This document shows, piece after piece, positions 56,149 through 57,354 of a stretch of DNA of 57,354 bases. Where the stretch lies: positions 1-57,354 of IMG/VR virus record IMGVR_UViG_3300001279_000002; one strand, written 5' to 3'. The notes under the pieces are model-generated. The model was not told where the DNA came from and searched no databases. It saw only the letters and a program-made list of their open reading frames with translations. A program made the position numbers and the translations under genes. The stretch is from a virus (Duplodnaviria > Caudoviricetes). Each line of letters begins with the position of its first letter. The stretch's first letter is position 1.

Positions 56149-56474
56149 TGGCCACACGCTTAACAAAACTGCAAAAAGACGCGCGGCGTGACGCCTTTAT
56201 GGGGTCTAGCCTGTTCACTACCGTGCGGGAAATTATAGCAAAACACCGATTTTGGTGCAGCGTCGCGCAGAATAAAGATCACGCCAATATTTTTTCTGCA
56301 TACGAGGACGCCATTACATGTGTTGACCGAGCTTCTATTACGCGCTGCGCTATGCTCATAATCGAATACGGGGAGGCCATGCAGCGCGTGAAGAGCGCCG
56401 GGGAGACGACGCGCGCCATGTGGGCGAAACACTGCGCAGAGCTGCGCAAGCTGATTGGAGAGTTTCAAGAATGA
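56148..56474 (+). CDS. Hypothetical protein
   Basis: TAATG overlap, GGAGG RBS. Confidence 0.6.
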   Translation: MATRLTKLQKDARRDAFMGSSLFTTVREIIAKHRFWCSVAQNKDHANIFSAYEDAITCVDRASITRCAMLIIEYGEAMQRVKSAGETTRAMWAKHCAELRKLIGEFQE

Positions 56475-56638
56475 ACCAGAGCAACGGCAAGCCCTCCGCG
56501 TACACGCATATCCGCCTCCCAGAGCGCGACGAAAAGCTGCTCGCCCAGGTCAAGCGCCTGACGGCGGAGCAGTCCGACAGCGAAGTCTTCCTGAAGGCGC
56601 TCCGCCTGTACGCGGACGCCCTGGGCATACGGAAATAA
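56471..56638 (+). CDS. Ribbon-helix-helix DNA-binding protein
   Basis: 55 aa THIRLPERDEKLL...SDSEVFLKALRLY. Confidence 0.6.
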   Translation: MNQSNGKPSAYTHIRLPERDEKLLAQVKRLTAEQSDSEVFLKALRLYADALGIRK

Positions 56639-56662
56639 TTTCCCCTCTAGTCAAAATAGTTG

Positions 56663-56691
56663 TTTACAACGGCCGAAAATACCCCCATAAG
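56663..56691 (+). promoter_or_regulatory. Phage consensus promoter copy
   Basis: TTTACA-ACGGCCGAAAATACCCC-CATAAG. Confidence 0.75.
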
Positions 56692-56722
56692 AGAGGGGCA
56701 GGCAACAACGGAGGGAACGAGC

Positions 56723-57313
56723 ATGACGGATTATCGCGAAGCCAATTATGATGAAGAAGTAGCCTACTCTTTTGAGGCTGGCGTTGATGATCCGCACATG
56801 TCCGTGAAGGACGAATTCAGCGGCGAATGGATGCACTATTCCTACTGGGCTAATGAAGACGCCGGAACATGGTGCTATGTCGAGCACGACGACTCCGGCA
56901 ATTGGCTGGCGCCCGTCTCCCGCTGGGATTGCGCGGCGGTTGGCCTCCGCCTTGACTTCCCCATCCAGGACAAGTGGACGGTCAAAAAGCTCCGCGCCAT
57001 CGCCAAGGAGCGCGGCCACAAGCGCATTTCCAAGCTGAAGAAAGCGGAGCTGGTCAAGCTCCTCCGCAATGAAGAAATCGAACAGGCCCGCACGATTCCG
57101 GAGCGCATCGGCCGCGCCAGCGCTGAAGAGGCCCTTGACCAGATCGCCCTGTTTTCCAGCCTGGAGGAGGCGCTTGACAACTATCTCGTGAACGCCAGCG
57201 ACACGTTGGGCGAACAGGGTTTCCTGACGGAGCGCGACGCCAGCGACATGGCGCACGGCTTTGAAGCTGTTCTGATCGAACGCCGCATAGCAGACCGGCC
57301 GCACGGCCTTTGA
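56723..57313 (+). CDS. Protein with Rho N-terminal-like (helix-extension-helix) domain
   Basis: WTVKKLRAIAKERGHKRISKLKKAELVKLL. Confidence 0.7.
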   Translation: MTDYREANYDEEVAYSFEAGVDDPHMSVKDEFSGEWMHYSYWANEDAGTWCYVEHDDSGNWLAPVSRWDCAAVGLRLDFPIQDKWTVKKLRAIAKERGHKRISKLKKAELVKLLRNEEIEQARTIPERIGRASAEEALDQIALFSSLEEALDNYLVNASDTLGEQGFLTERDASDMAHGFEAVLIERRIADRPHGL

Positions 57314-57354
57314 TTTTAGCCCAGGGGCGGCCAAGCCGCCCCACAACCACCCCC

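Overview
A ~57 kb piece of a GC-rich tailed dsDNA phage (or prophage) genome, probably short-tailed and probably infecting an alphaproteobacterium (host is inference). 1-9.5 kb (minus strand) holds virion genes. The N4-gp56/DUF4043-like major capsid gene is split by an 809-nt group I intron (6748-7556) encoding an HNH endonuclease. A catalytically degenerate paralog of that HNH sits just upstream, and a glycosyltransferase plus methyltransferase sit among the head genes. 9.7-31 kb is DNA metabolism: DUF2303 pair, resolvase-like nuclease, family A polymerase, RecD/Dda helicase, SSB, DEDDh exonuclease, SNF2 helicase and AEP primase-SF3 helicase. It also contains an amidase endolysin and a separately promoted gene pair: a small protein ending in di-glycine plus a Cys-containing partner. 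32.4-33.8 kb is a non-coding array of pseudoknotted RNA domains punctuated by two aberrant tRNA-like elements. 33.9-41.3 kb is a repeat-bounded cassette (SprT-like protease-VWA, dead-primase-FtsK fusion, membrane/HTH proteins). 43-49 kb holds scaffold and portal, far from the capsid gene. 50-57 kb is an early-type region with a repeated promoter motif. Two origin-like elements at ~31.5 and ~49.3 kb form an imperfect inverted repeat. No terminase or integrase is visible. All family calls come from motif recognition by eye; no database search was run.
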